Under the pieces are notes generated by a model. The model did no database searches. It worked only from the letters and a program-made list of their open reading frames with translations, and was not told the DNA's origin. Below are positions 1 to 8,962 of a DNA stretch of 64,000 bases, in pieces. The position numbers and the translations under genes were made by a program. The DNA is from a candidate division WOR-3 bacterium (GTDB lineage: Bacteria; Hydrothermota; Tepidihabitantia; Tepidihabitantales; Tepidihabitantaceae). The number at the start of each line of letters is the position of its first letter. Position 1 is the first letter of the stretch. The stretch is taken from contig CBFGIT010000009.1 in NCBI GenBank assembly GCA_965648905.1, forward strand, positions 32,001-96,000, written 5' to 3'.

Positions 1-228
1 ATTTCCGAGGCGGACCCGGCTGTCTCGGCGCGGCTTCGACGCTCCTCGGTCGTCAGCCGGGCGTTGTGCTGGACGGAACGAACGCCTGGGACGCTGATGG
101 ACCTGACTGGGCGTATCGTACTCGCGCTTAATCCGGGAGGAAACGACCTGTCTCGCCTCGCGCCGGGTGTCTACATGACAAGAGCGCCAGGCAGCGGGGA
201 AGTGGGGAGGGTCGTCAAAGTCGAATAG
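1..228 (+). CDS. 3' end of a secreted protein with C-terminal FlgD/T9SS-like sorting domain (partial)
   Basis: Frame 1 reads ...LMDLTGRIVLALNPGGNDLSRLAPGVYMTRAPGSGEVGRVVKVE*, closely matching the C-terminus of the 2003..3274 protein (NDLRALAPGVY...KVVKTK). Confidence 0.8.
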   Translation: MSEADPAVSARLRRSSVVSRALCWTERTPGTLMDLTGRIVLALNPGGNDLSRLAPGVYMTRAPGSGEVGRVVKVE

Positions 229-282
229 CGCGGCGGTCCGATAGCTCGGTCTGCCGCAGAACTTGGCACTAAGGAGGCCAAG

Positions 283-534
283 ATGGATAGGGTTATCACA
301 AGAGCACTGCTCGTGATGCTGCTGGTCGCGGCGTCCGCAGCAGGCTACCAGTGGGCCAGTCGCTACGACGGGCACGGGCACGGGCCGGACACAACAGTCG
401 GTCTCGTTCTCAAGAACGGTCTGCTCCACGCGGCGGGCACGAGCGTCAACTCCGACCACTCGCGGGGCTTCCAGGTCCTGAAGCTCGGCCCCGCGGCCGA
501 GGGACACGAAGCGTCAGCCGCCAATCGGGCGTAA
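283..534 (+). pseudogene. Small secreted protein or truncated SBBP-type beta-propeller remnant (signal peptide plus about one blade)
   Basis: Strong RBS TAAGGAGG before the ATG; signal peptide; QWASRYDGHGHGPD...AGTSVN...FQVLKL resembles the WxxRYxG...D...VTG...KY blades of 3323..7252. Confidence 0.5.
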
Positions 535-618
535 CTTGCCGAAGCTCAAAGGGTTAAGTGACATCAAGGCCGAGCTTGACACGGGGTGAGTTCTGACCAC
601 GATGTTATTGAGGACAAC

Positions 619-1957
619 GTGAAGAACTGCCTCCTCCGTGCAGCGCTGCTCGCCGGTGCTCTGGCGGGCGCGGGGCCAAGTAGTGCGCAGTTTTTGGAGG
701 CAGTCCTACCGTGCGGCGACTCGCCGATAGACATCGTCTGGAGTCCGGGCGTGAACAAGATATTCTGCGCCAACTCCCAGGACGCGAGTATTACGGTCAT
801 AGACGGCGACTCGAACTTCGTTCGCAGCACCATTTTCGTCGGCGATTACCCGTCCTTCCTATGTCTCAACGGAGATGGAACGAAGCTCTACTGCGCGCGT
901 GGCGAGGAAAACACGCTCACGGTAATAGATGCTGTCGCAGAGACTGTTCTAAAGCAGGTTAGCATCCCCAACTATCCGGGACCGATGTGCTTCAACACGA
1001 CGATGAACAAGCTGTACGTCGCATGTAACGACGACCCGGTCTATCGCATCGCGGTGCTCGACGCCAGTGCGGACACGGTGCTGCGCTACATACCCGTGCG
1101 AGGAGTGGGCCGGCTGCTCTGGCATCCTGCGACGAACCGGGTCTTCACGTGTGGGGCAGACACCATCAGGGTGATAGACTGCGTCACGGACCAGATTATT
1201 GTGAGGATGCGGGGGGGGGACGACTTGGTGCTACAATCCGGTGAACGGACTGGCCTACCTGGCTGCGAGATATGACGTCTATGTTCTGTCGCCAACCGGA
1301 GACTCGGTTGTTGCCATGATAGCTGGTTGGGCCGGCGACATGACCGCGGTCCCCTTTCCGAACAAGCTCTACCTGTCCGGTGTGCCTGGCACGACCATTG
1401 TGGACTGCGGTCGTCACGTGGTGGTTGACACGCTACCGCTAATCTGGGGCACATTGCTCTGCGACACCGCCGGAGCAAAGGTGTATTGCGTGGACATCAG
1501 CCCGGGGGTCGCGCACGTCATCGACGCGCGCGCCGATACCCTCGGGAAGACGATCGCCTTGGGCAGGTCACCCGAGGCCATGTGCATCAACTACTCCCGT
1601 AATCGGGTGTACGTTGCCGATTTCATGGACAACACGGTGTCGGTCATCAGGGACACGAGCACCGGCATAGCTGAGGTACGTTCGGTAATGCCGGAGCGCT
1701 CCGAGCTGCTTGAGGCGCGACCCAATCCATTCAGATACGCTACTATTGTCCGCAGCCTGCAACGAGCAAGCGCCGACGCGCCCCTGCGCATCTACGCGCA
1801 GACCGGTGCGCTCGTGCGCACGCTCGCAGGCCGCGGTGCCTGGCATTGGGACGGCCGAGACGACCACGGCCGTCCGGTCCCGGCCGGGGTGTACGTGCTT
1901 CGTTGCCCAGGGAAGGCCGGGGCCACACTGGTCGTAAAGACCGAACGAGGCTATTGA
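619..1957 (+). pseudogene. YncE/YVTN-type beta-propeller protein with FlgD/T9SS-like CTD, split by a frameshift at a G9 tract
   Basis: ORFs 586..1275 and 1241..1957 align in succession to paralog 2003..3274; frame switch at G-run 1211-1219 (RMRGG|GTTWCYNPVN vs paralog RLPGGGTKWCYNPAN); GTG start 619 after GAGGA. Confidence 0.8.
1211..1219 (+). repeat. Poly-G (G9) homopolymer at the frameshift site
   Basis: Sequence atgc-ggggggggg-acgact; G8 or G11 would restore the frame. Confidence 0.9.
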
Positions 1958-2002
1958 CTTGAGTCCGGTCTGGACTGGCCTTGTAGCAGCAAGGACAGCG
2001 CC

Positions 2003-3274
2003 GTGAAGCTACGTTTCAGCGCAGTCGTTCTCGCCTGCGGCCTGATGTGGATGGGCGCAGGTCAGGCTCAGTATCTTGAGGCTATCGTGCCTTGCGGGGT
2101 CTCGCCGCTAGAGGTCATCTGGGTCCCGACGGTGAACAAGGTGTACGTCGCCAACTCGCAAGACGCGAGCATTACCGTCATCTCAGGTTCCAGCAATGAG
2201 GTCATCGCCACGATACCGGTGGCCGACTATACTGGCGGGTTCGCGTGGAATCCCAACGGCAACAAGCTCTACGCCATGTCGGGCGAGGGCGGGCTGCTTC
2301 AGGTTATAGACTGCACCAGCGACCAGGTCATTCGCACCCTGCCCCTCATGGGCTACCCGGCAAACCCGGTCGTGAACATATCAATGAACAAGCTCTATGT
2401 CGCGAGCTTGGATGACCCGATCTACCGTATACTAGTGCTGGACGCTGATCCCGACACCGTGCTGCGTACTATCGCAGTGCTGGGAGTCGGCCCGCTCCTG
2501 TGGAACCCAGCGACGAATCGTGTATTCTCGAGTGGCGCTGATTCGATAAGAGTCATCGACTGCGCAACCGACGTGATATCATCGCGCCTCCCGGGCGGCG
2601 GAACCAAGTGGTGCTACAACCCCGCGAACGACTTGGTCTATTTGGCCGGAGCTCACTCAGTCGCTGCGATATCACCCGATGGGGATTCAGTGATTGCCAC
2701 GATTCCCGGCTTCGCCAACTACATCGCAGCCATCCCCTACCCCAACAAGCTCTACATCGGCGGTGCGGGAGGGGGGACGCGGGTCGTGGACTGCGGCGGA
2801 TCGCACGTCGTCACCGATACGATTCACGGGATAGCCGGTCCGATGCTCTGCGAGACGGTGCGGGGTAGGGTGTACTTCGCGGGTTCGGCCGCCTCGGTAG
2901 TAGACGCGCGGGCCGACACGCTCATTAAGACGATTCCGCTGGGCCGGTCGCCCGAGGTCCCGTGCTGGAATCGGACCAACAGCCGAGTCTATATCCCCGA
3001 TTTCATGGATAACGTTGTCTACGTCATCCGAGACACGAGTACCGCCGTTGGCGAGCCCCCCGGCGACGCGGCGCTGAGCCGATGGCCGGGGGCGACGGTG
3101 ACTCGATGCGCGTTCTTCTGGCCTCGACACGAGAGGGGAGCATTGCTGGATATGTGCGGCCGCGTGGTCGCACGACTAAGACCGGGGCACAACGACCTTC
3201 GTGCTCTGGCACCCGGCGTCTACGCAGCGGTAGTAGATGGCAGGTCCAGAATGAAGGTGGTCAAGACAAAGTAG
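2003..3274 (+). CDS. YncE/YVTN-type beta-propeller secreted protein with T9SS-like CTD
   Basis: Signal peptide; repeated NKVYVAN/NKLY/NRVF...TVI motifs; C-terminal LLDMCGRVV...LAPGVY...KVVK. Confidence 0.85.
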   Translation: MKLRFSAVVLACGLMWMGAGQAQYLEAIVPCGVSPLEVIWVPTVNKVYVANSQDASITVISGSSNEVIATIPVADYTGGFAWNPNGNKLYAMSGEGGLLQVIDCTSDQVIRTLPLMGYPANPVVNISMNKLYVASLDDPIYRILVLDADPDTVLRTIAVLGVGPLLWNPATNRVFSSGADSIRVIDCATDVISSRLPGGGTKWCYNPANDLVYLAGAHSVAAISPDGDSVIATIPGFANYIAAIPYPNKLYIGGAGGGTRVVDCGGSHVVTDTIHGIAGPMLCETVRGRVYFAGSAASVVDARADTLIKTIPLGRSPEVPCWNRTNSRVYIPDFMDNVVYVIRDTSTAVGEPPGDAALSRWPGATVTRCAFFWPRHERGALLDMCGRVVARLRPGHNDLRALAPGVYAAVVDGRSRMKVVKTK

Positions 3275-3322
3275 CACAGAACTGCCTGCCACCGGAGGGC
3301 GGCGGGCAACAAGGAGGCTGAT

Positions 3323-6300
3323 ATGGGCAGAGCAGTTACACTGCTGATGCTCGCCGTCGCGCTGGCGACGGCAACAGGCTGGGTGAAGACGTACAATGGC
3401 GGCTATGGCGCAGACCTGGCCAACGCCATTGTGCTCACTCCAGCCGGGGTTCCCTACGTCACCGGTTCCATCACCGGCAGCGATTGGTCCGACGACCTGG
3501 TCACGGTTCGGTACAACCCGACCACGGGCGAATCGACCCTGGCCATCTGGTACTACCGGTCCGGGTTCAGCGAATTCGCCGACGAAGGCAAGGCCGTTGC
3601 AGTCGGCACCGGGGATACCGTCTTCGTCACAGGCCTCTCGACGGACAGTATCATCGAGGGCGACACGGAAGACGCAGACACATTCTACTTCGCAGGTGTC
3701 ACGACCCTGAAGTACAACAGCAACCTTAACCTGCAGGCATCTGATCGTATCGTCCCGTACAGCGACGAAGATGAAGAGCCGTCGCCCTCTGGCCGGGCGG
3801 TCGCGACTCGCGGCAACCGCGCCTACGTGGCAGCCGAGGGGTACTGGAGCTACAACCGGGCCGAGGACGTGCTTGCAGTGCGCTATGGCCCTTCCGGCCG
3901 GGATACTGCGTGGTGCAACGGCGCCGTGGGCGGCAGCGATGCCGGCAACGCCGTCGCCGTCGACGCGGACGGCAACTGCTTCATCGCCGGCAGCGTCCGC
4001 ATGGTCGCGGCCCACGGGCTGGACTTCATCGTCCTGAAGTACAAGTATGACTCGACGTTCGACCGCGAGTGGGTCGCCTACTACAATTGGGCCGACAGCG
4101 CAGACGAAGCTCGGGCGCTCGCGCTCGGAGCCGGCGGCCGAGTGTTCGCGACCGGTCCCAGCAAAGGCCTGGGCACGGGCTACGACTATGCGACCGTCTG
4201 CTTCACCAGCGACGGCGTACAGAGCTGGGCCAGGCGCTATGCGACCGACAGCGCAGACGTGCCGGTAGCGATGGCCGTTAGCCCGCAGGGCTATCTGTAC
4301 GTCACTGGCACCAGCAAGTCGGCCAGCACCGGCAACGACTTTCTGACCATCCGCTACAACCCGGCGGACGGAAGCGAAGTCTGGGTGCGGCGGTTCGACG
4401 CAAACGGCGGCAGCGACGAGGCCGCAGCAATTGCCGTAGACTTCGAGGGCAGTGTCTACGTCGCCGGCTATGCCACCCGCTCGGGTACAGGACAGGACTT
4501 TTGCATCGTGAAGTACACACAGAGTGGAGCTCTCGACACCACCTGGTATTGGAACGATGCGTCCAACGGCACAGACGTGGCTACGAGTATCGCCGTAGAC
4601 TCGGCCCGGAACGTCTACGTGACCGGGTATGGCCAGGGAACGAACGGCTTTGACATCGTGACCATGCGCATCGAACAGCCGGTGTACACAGACGTTGGCA
4701 TTGAGGGGATTATCTCTCCTGGTGATACCGAAGACTATGGGGAACTCGTGGTTCCATCCGCGACTGTGTTCGCAGACGACTCCACCAATCTGGATGACTC
4801 AGTTTGGGTCGTCATGCGAATCGGGACTTTCTACTCCAGCACTCGGAGAGCGAAGCCGGCCGCGGGCCAATCGGTGACCGTGGTCTTTGACACTTGGCCG
4901 GTCCAACAGCCGGGCTACCACTATGCGGTCTGCTCGCTGGACTTCGACGATGACAACGAAGCCAACAACCGGGCCGAGAAGCTCGTGACAGTGCCGCCAG
5001 GCTGGAAAGAAGTCGCGCACATGCCCGCAGGGCCACAATCCCCGCCGAAGCTAATCAAGGCCGGCGGTTGGCTCACCTACAATGCTGGGGATAGCCTGCT
5101 CTACGGAGCAAAGGGCAACAAGACCAACGAATTCTATGCATACGTCCCCAATCTGAACAAGTGGAGCTCTGAAGACACCCTTGCCGCGCTGGAGACGATA
5201 CCGCACGGAGCCGAGGGCAAGCTGCCCTCGAAGGGAGCGGCCGCCTGCTCCGACGGCGACGGCCACATCTATGCGACCAAGGGCAACAACACGCAGGGTT
5301 TCTGGTGCTATCACGTCGCCGAGGATTCTTGGGAGCAACTCGAGAACGTCCCTCTGGGCACGAGCGGCAAGAAGGTCAAAGGCGGCACCGACGTGGCGTT
5401 TGTGTCCAGGGGCGACACCGATTTCGTCTACCTGCTCAAGGGGTACAAGAACGAGTTCTACCGCTACAACGTGCCGAACGACACATGGCAGACCCTGACG
5501 TCGGCACCGGCGGGCAGCCCCAAGTACGACAAGGGCTCGTGGCTGGTCTTTGACGGCGACAGCCTGCTCTACTGCCACCAGGCCAAATACCACGCGTACC
5601 ATCGCTACAACCTCAATTCTCAATCCTGGGGTTCGGCTCTGACCGGGATGCCCACCATCAACCGCTTCGGCAGGAAGAAGAAGTCCAAGGACGGTGGCAG
5701 CGCCGCCTGGCTCGGCAACTCCATCTACTCGCTGAAGGGCGGCAACACCCAGGAGTTCTGGAAGTACGTTCCGGCCTCCGATTCCTGGGCGGAACTCGAC
5801 ACGCTGCCGCAGTTCGGTTACTCGCAGCAGAAGAAGAGGGTGAAGGACGGTGGCGACATCACCACCGACGGCGCGGTGCTCTACGCCCTCAAGGGTAACA
5901 AGACGCTGGAACTCTGGCGGTACGTGCCGAGCGGTTCAGGCACGCCGCCGGGGACGGAGAACTCAACTCCGCCCGGCGAGTACGAACTCCAACTGGCCGA
6001 GTGCGAAAACGCAAGCTGGCCTTGCTTCAGCCAGGATGGGCTATGGGCTGCCTGGGTCGCCCCTGGGTCGAACGGCCACGACCAGCTCTTCCGCGTGCCG
6101 AGCGACGCAAGCAGCAGCGCCGAGGAGCTTACATCGTTCTCCGACGGCGATGCCACCGGCCCCATCGGCTACTCCAGCGACGACACCAAGATCGCCATCG
6201 TGTTCGAAGCGGACAACGGCGGGTCCAAGGTGATGACCGTGCCCAGCGGGGGCGGACAGCCGACGACTCTCGTTTCGGACAAGGGTGACATCGAAGACTT

Positions 6301-7252
6301 GGCCTGGTTCCCGGGAAACGCCCTCGTCTTCAGCCTCACTGACACCAGCGACTTCACCCAGCTCTGGAGCTACAACCTGACCACGAGCAGCCTGATGAGG
6401 TTGACGAGCAGTTGTTTCGACCACCACGAACCGCATCCGGTCACCGACACGCTCCTTGTGTTTCGGCTGGATTGCGAGCCGGCGCAGGTTGCCAAGCTGT
6501 ACGCTCGGCCCGACACCAATCCGCTTGGCGGAACCGGCAACTTCGCCTATGTCTGGTGCGAGACGTGCCTGACGCAGTCGGCATACGAGCACGCCGTGCC
6601 CTGTCCTACTTCGACCGGGTCGGTGCTCTACGAAGTGGAGACCGAAGGCTACACTGCGATTGGGCAGGTCAGCATCGACGGAACCGGCGAGCAGACCATT
6701 CTGTCTGACCCGAGCTACGACCTTGTGATGCCGACCGTTGAGCCGATGGGCGATACTGCGTTCTGCATCCGGCTCTCGGGCCAGGCCAGCGCGGTCTGCG
6801 TGTTCGAGCCGGGCGGCAGCGGGTATGAACTCCTGACCGACGACAAGGCTGAGCGGGAAACGCCAAGCGCCCGGGCTGAACCGAGCTATCCCAGCAGCGC
6901 GGTCTACATGCGGGAAGACGGCATCTACCGCACGCGCGGCCAGGGCGAGGGCGGAGCACAGGGCAGCGGCCTGGGCGTCTTTGCCCTGGACCGCATCGCG
7001 CCCAATCCTAGCCGGGGTCGAGTAGGCATTTCCTGGCAGGTCCCGAGACTGGCCCAGGTATCGCTCAAGCTCTTTGACCCCACCGGCAGACTGGTCAGGA
7101 CCTTGGAGAGCGGCGAGCGGAAGCCGGGTCGGTACGTCGCGGTCTGGGACGGGACTGATGCCAAGGGCCGCAGCGTGGCAACCGGACTCTACTTTGCACG
7201 GCTCCGTGCCGCAGGTCAGCAGTTGACAAGGAAGCTGGTACTGCAGCACTAG
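3323..7252 (+). CDS. Large secreted multidomain protein: SBBP propeller, CARDB, Kelch-like propeller, TolB/PD40-like propeller, FlgD-Ig CTD
   Basis: RBS AAGGAGG; AIAVD..GxVYVTG repeats; DDNEANNRAEK CARDB end; YxLKG.K..EFY.Y repeats; PNPSRG...WDGTDAKGRSVATGLYF. Confidence 0.85.
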   Translation: MGRAVTLLMLAVALATATGWVKTYNGGYGADLANAIVLTPAGVPYVTGSITGSDWSDDLVTVRYNPTTGESTLAIWYYRSGFSEFADEGKAVAVGTGDTVFVTGLSTDSIIEGDTEDADTFYFAGVTTLKYNSNLNLQASDRIVPYSDEDEEPSPSGRAVATRGNRAYVAAEGYWSYNRAEDVLAVRYGPSGRDTAWCNGAVGGSDAGNAVAVDADGNCFIAGSVRMVAAHGLDFIVLKYKYDSTFDREWVAYYNWADSADEARALALGAGGRVFATGPSKGLGTGYDYATVCFTSDGVQSWARRYATDSADVPVAMAVSPQGYLYVTGTSKSASTGNDFLTIRYNPADGSEVWVRRFDANGGSDEAAAIAVDFEGSVYVAGYATRSGTGQDFCIVKYTQSGALDTTWYWNDASNGTDVATSIAVDSARNVYVTGYGQGTNGFDIVTMRIEQPVYTDVGIEGIISPGDTEDYGELVVPSATVFADDSTNLDDSVWVVMRIGTFYSSTRRAKPAAGQSVTVVFDTWPVQQPGYHYAVCSLDFDDDNEANNRAEKLVTVPPGWKEVAHMPAGPQSPPKLIKAGGWLTYNAGDSLLYGAKGNKTNEFYAYVPNLNKWSSEDTLAALETIPHGAEGKLPSKGAAACSDGDGHIYATKGNNTQGFWCYHVAEDSWEQLENVPLGTSGKKVKGGTDVAFVSRGDTDFVYLLKGYKNEFYRYNVPNDTWQTLTSAPAGSPKYDKGSWLVFDGDSLLYCHQAKYHAYHRYNLNSQSWGSALTGMPTINRFGRKKKSKDGGSAAWLGNSIYSLKGGNTQEFWKYVPASDSWAELDTLPQFGYSQQKKRVKDGGDITTDGAVLYALKGNKTLELWRYVPSGSGTPPGTENSTPPGEYELQLAECENASWPCFSQDGLWAAWVAPGSNGHDQLFRVPSDASSSAEELTSFSDGDATGPIGYSSDDTKIAIVFEADNGGSKVMTVPSGGGQPTTLVSDKGDIEDLAWFPGNALVFSLTDTSDFTQLWSYNLTTSSLMRLTSSCFDHHEPHPVTDTLLVFRLDCEPAQVAKLYARPDTNPLGGTGNFAYVWCETCLTQSAYEHAVPCPTSTGSVLYEVETEGYTAIGQVSIDGTGEQTILSDPSYDLVMPTVEPMGDTAFCIRLSGQASAVCVFEPGGSGYELLTDDKAERETPSARAEPSYPSSAVYMREDGIYRTRGQGEGGAQGSGLGVFALDRIAPNPSRGRVGISWQVPRLAQVSLKLFDPTGRLVRTLESGERKPGRYVAVWDGTDAKGRSVATGLYFARLRAAGQQLTRKLVLQH

Positions 7253-7300
7253 ACAGGGCCTGCCGGCTTGCCCCGGCTGAGGAAACGGGCTGCTGCTGGC

Positions 7301-8482
7301 TCAGATTAGGGATTCGAGCCGGTCTGCGAGCCAGGCGGCCTGGACTCGACGGTTGAATCGGTTCTGACTGGTCAGAGCGAACTGACCGGGTCGGTTGACC
7401 ATTTCGTCAATCGCGGCGAGGAGGCAAGCCGGGTCAAGACCACAGGCAGTGCCGGCACAGGCCTGCATGACCAGTTCTTCAGCTTCGGTCGCGCCTTCTC
7501 CCCAGACAATGATCGGCCGACCAGCACCGAAATACTCGTAGAGCTTGAGCCCGACCGGTTGGTGCGGTTTGCCGATGTAGACAAGGAGAGATGCGCCTTT
7601 CATCAGGCTGCAGGCCTGCTCGTGCGGGACCGGGCCGAGCATCTCTACCTGGGGGTCGTTAGCGAAAGCCTGCCGGGTCGCTGGGTCAACGCGGCCAGCA
7701 AGGTACAACTTCGCATCGGGCCGAGCGCGCAGGGCCTGGACCAGCGCGGCAACTTCGGCCTGGTTCTGCCAAAGGTTGCCGACATGAACAATGCTCGTGC
7801 CATCGAGCCGTGCAGCCGGAACCTCGAATTCGGTCGGGTCGAATCCATTGTCAAGTACCTCGGCCCGCGGTGAGACCGCGCGCGCTGTGCCTTGGTTGAC
7901 CGCAAGGACAGCGTCGGCGTGCTCAACCAGGTAGCGGCGCAGCCGGCGCAAGGCAGCCCGCTGGTGCCGAGGCGGCAAAGCAAACCCGGTTGGCCAGGGG
8001 TCGCGGAAGTCGAGCACGAGCGGAACATGGGCATGGGCCTTGAGCCGCACGCCGAGGAGCAGCGAGGTGAACGGCGGGGAAGTGGCGAAGATAGCGGCCG
8101 GCTTCTCCGCGTCGATGATGTGTCGGCCTGCAACCGAACCGAATGGCAGCCAGCCTACCTTGGAGTCGGGAAACAGGAGGTAGTTAAGCAACCGTGCACC
8201 AGTGCTGAATCCGGTTCCCAGCACCGGCCGCAGCCGGCGAGTCTTGGAGCGCAGGACATTGAGCAGCCGGTTCGGGTCGATGGTCTCGGTACGAAACACC
8301 TTTGACCGGCTCAGGTCGTTCATTAGAGCCGGGTCATAGTGGTAGTAGGCAACCGGCTTGACTGTCAGGATAAGCGGTTGCCAGCCGAACTCGGGCAGGA
8401 ACTTGCAGAGCTTGGTGACCCGCATGACACCGCTCATGCCCAGGGGCGGGGCATAGTAGGCGATGACGAGAAGGCGGCGCAT
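7301..8482 (-). CDS. Glycosyltransferase family 4 (GT-B)
   Basis: AYYAPPLGMSGVMRVTK, IFATSPPFT, LDFRDPW, NGFDP, KLYEYFGAGRPI motifs. Confidence 0.85.
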   Translation of the reverse strand: MRRLLVIAYYAPPLGMSGVMRVTKLCKFLPEFGWQPLILTVKPVAYYHYDPALMNDLSRSKVFRTETIDPNRLLNVLRSKTRRLRPVLGTGFSTGARLLNYLLFPDSKVGWLPFGSVAGRHIIDAEKPAAIFATSPPFTSLLLGVRLKAHAHVPLVLDFRDPWPTGFALPPRHQRAALRRLRRYLVEHADAVLAVNQGTARAVSPRAEVLDNGFDPTEFEVPAARLDGTSIVHVGNLWQNQAEVAALVQALRARPDAKLYLAGRVDPATRQAFANDPQVEMLGPVPHEQACSLMKGASLLVYIGKPHQPVGLKLYEYFGAGRPIIVWGEGATEAEELVMQACAGTACGLDPACLLAAIDEMVNRPGQFALTSQNRFNRRVQAAWLADRLESLI

Positions 8483-8487
8483 CAGAA

Positions 8488-8522
8488 GAAGCTCGAAGGC
8501 CGAAGCCCGAAGGACGAATCAA
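8488..8522. repeat. Heptamer tandem array (nnnCGAA)x4; left arm of an imperfect inverted repeat around the four-helix-bundle gene
   Basis: gctcgaa ggccgaa gcccgaa ggacgaa; reverse complement of 9007..9041 matches 25/32 and extends to gaatcaa. Confidence 0.7.
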
Positions 8523-8542
8523 TGCCCGGGCAAGCTCGAAGG

Positions 8543-8923
8543 TCAGTGAGCATCACGTTCGCTGCTCTTCTTGTCGAGGGTGCGGAGTGCGGCTCCGAAG
8601 ATGAGGTTCAACTCCTTGGCCTCCTGCCAGAGGTTTCGTGCGCCCGCCCTCTGGTCCGGCACCGCGACCGTGATGATGCGCAGCCAGTACATGCACTCCC
8701 GTGCCTCCTTGCGGCAGATTCCCAGCTTGTGCCTGAAGTCGCGCGGAGATTCTGCGTCGTTCGCTTCGCAGTAGTTGGCGCCAACGCTGGTGCCTGCACG
8801 CACCAGTTGAGCGATCAGCGGAGCATTGACAGGCGATGATGGCAAAGCTCGGCAGAAGCGCACGACCGCAACCGCGAAACGCGACGTGCGTTCTTCGAGG
8901 TCGAACTTCTGGGTCTTGTCCAC
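8543..8923 (-). CDS. Four helix bundle protein (TIGR02436 / 23S rRNA-IVS protein / bAvd-like family)
   Basis: DLEERT..FA, QLVRAGTSVGANYCEA, SPRDFRHKLGICRKEARE..YWL, EAKELNLIF motifs. Confidence 0.9.
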   Translation of the reverse strand: MDKTQKFDLEERTSRFAVAVVRFCRALPSSPVNAPLIAQLVRAGTSVGANYCEANDAESPRDFRHKLGICRKEARECMYWLRIITVAVPDQRAGARNLWQEAKELNLIFGAALRTLDKKSSERDAH

Positions 8924-8962
8924 TAGAATTGCTGGTCGATTCTAGTCATCGCCAGAGCGGAA

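Noticed and set aside
8543..8923. Four-helix-bundle gene as the avd of the DGR at 54 kb
   Set aside because: It is 45 kb away and has the motifs of the common TIGR02436/IVS family; no local TR or RT
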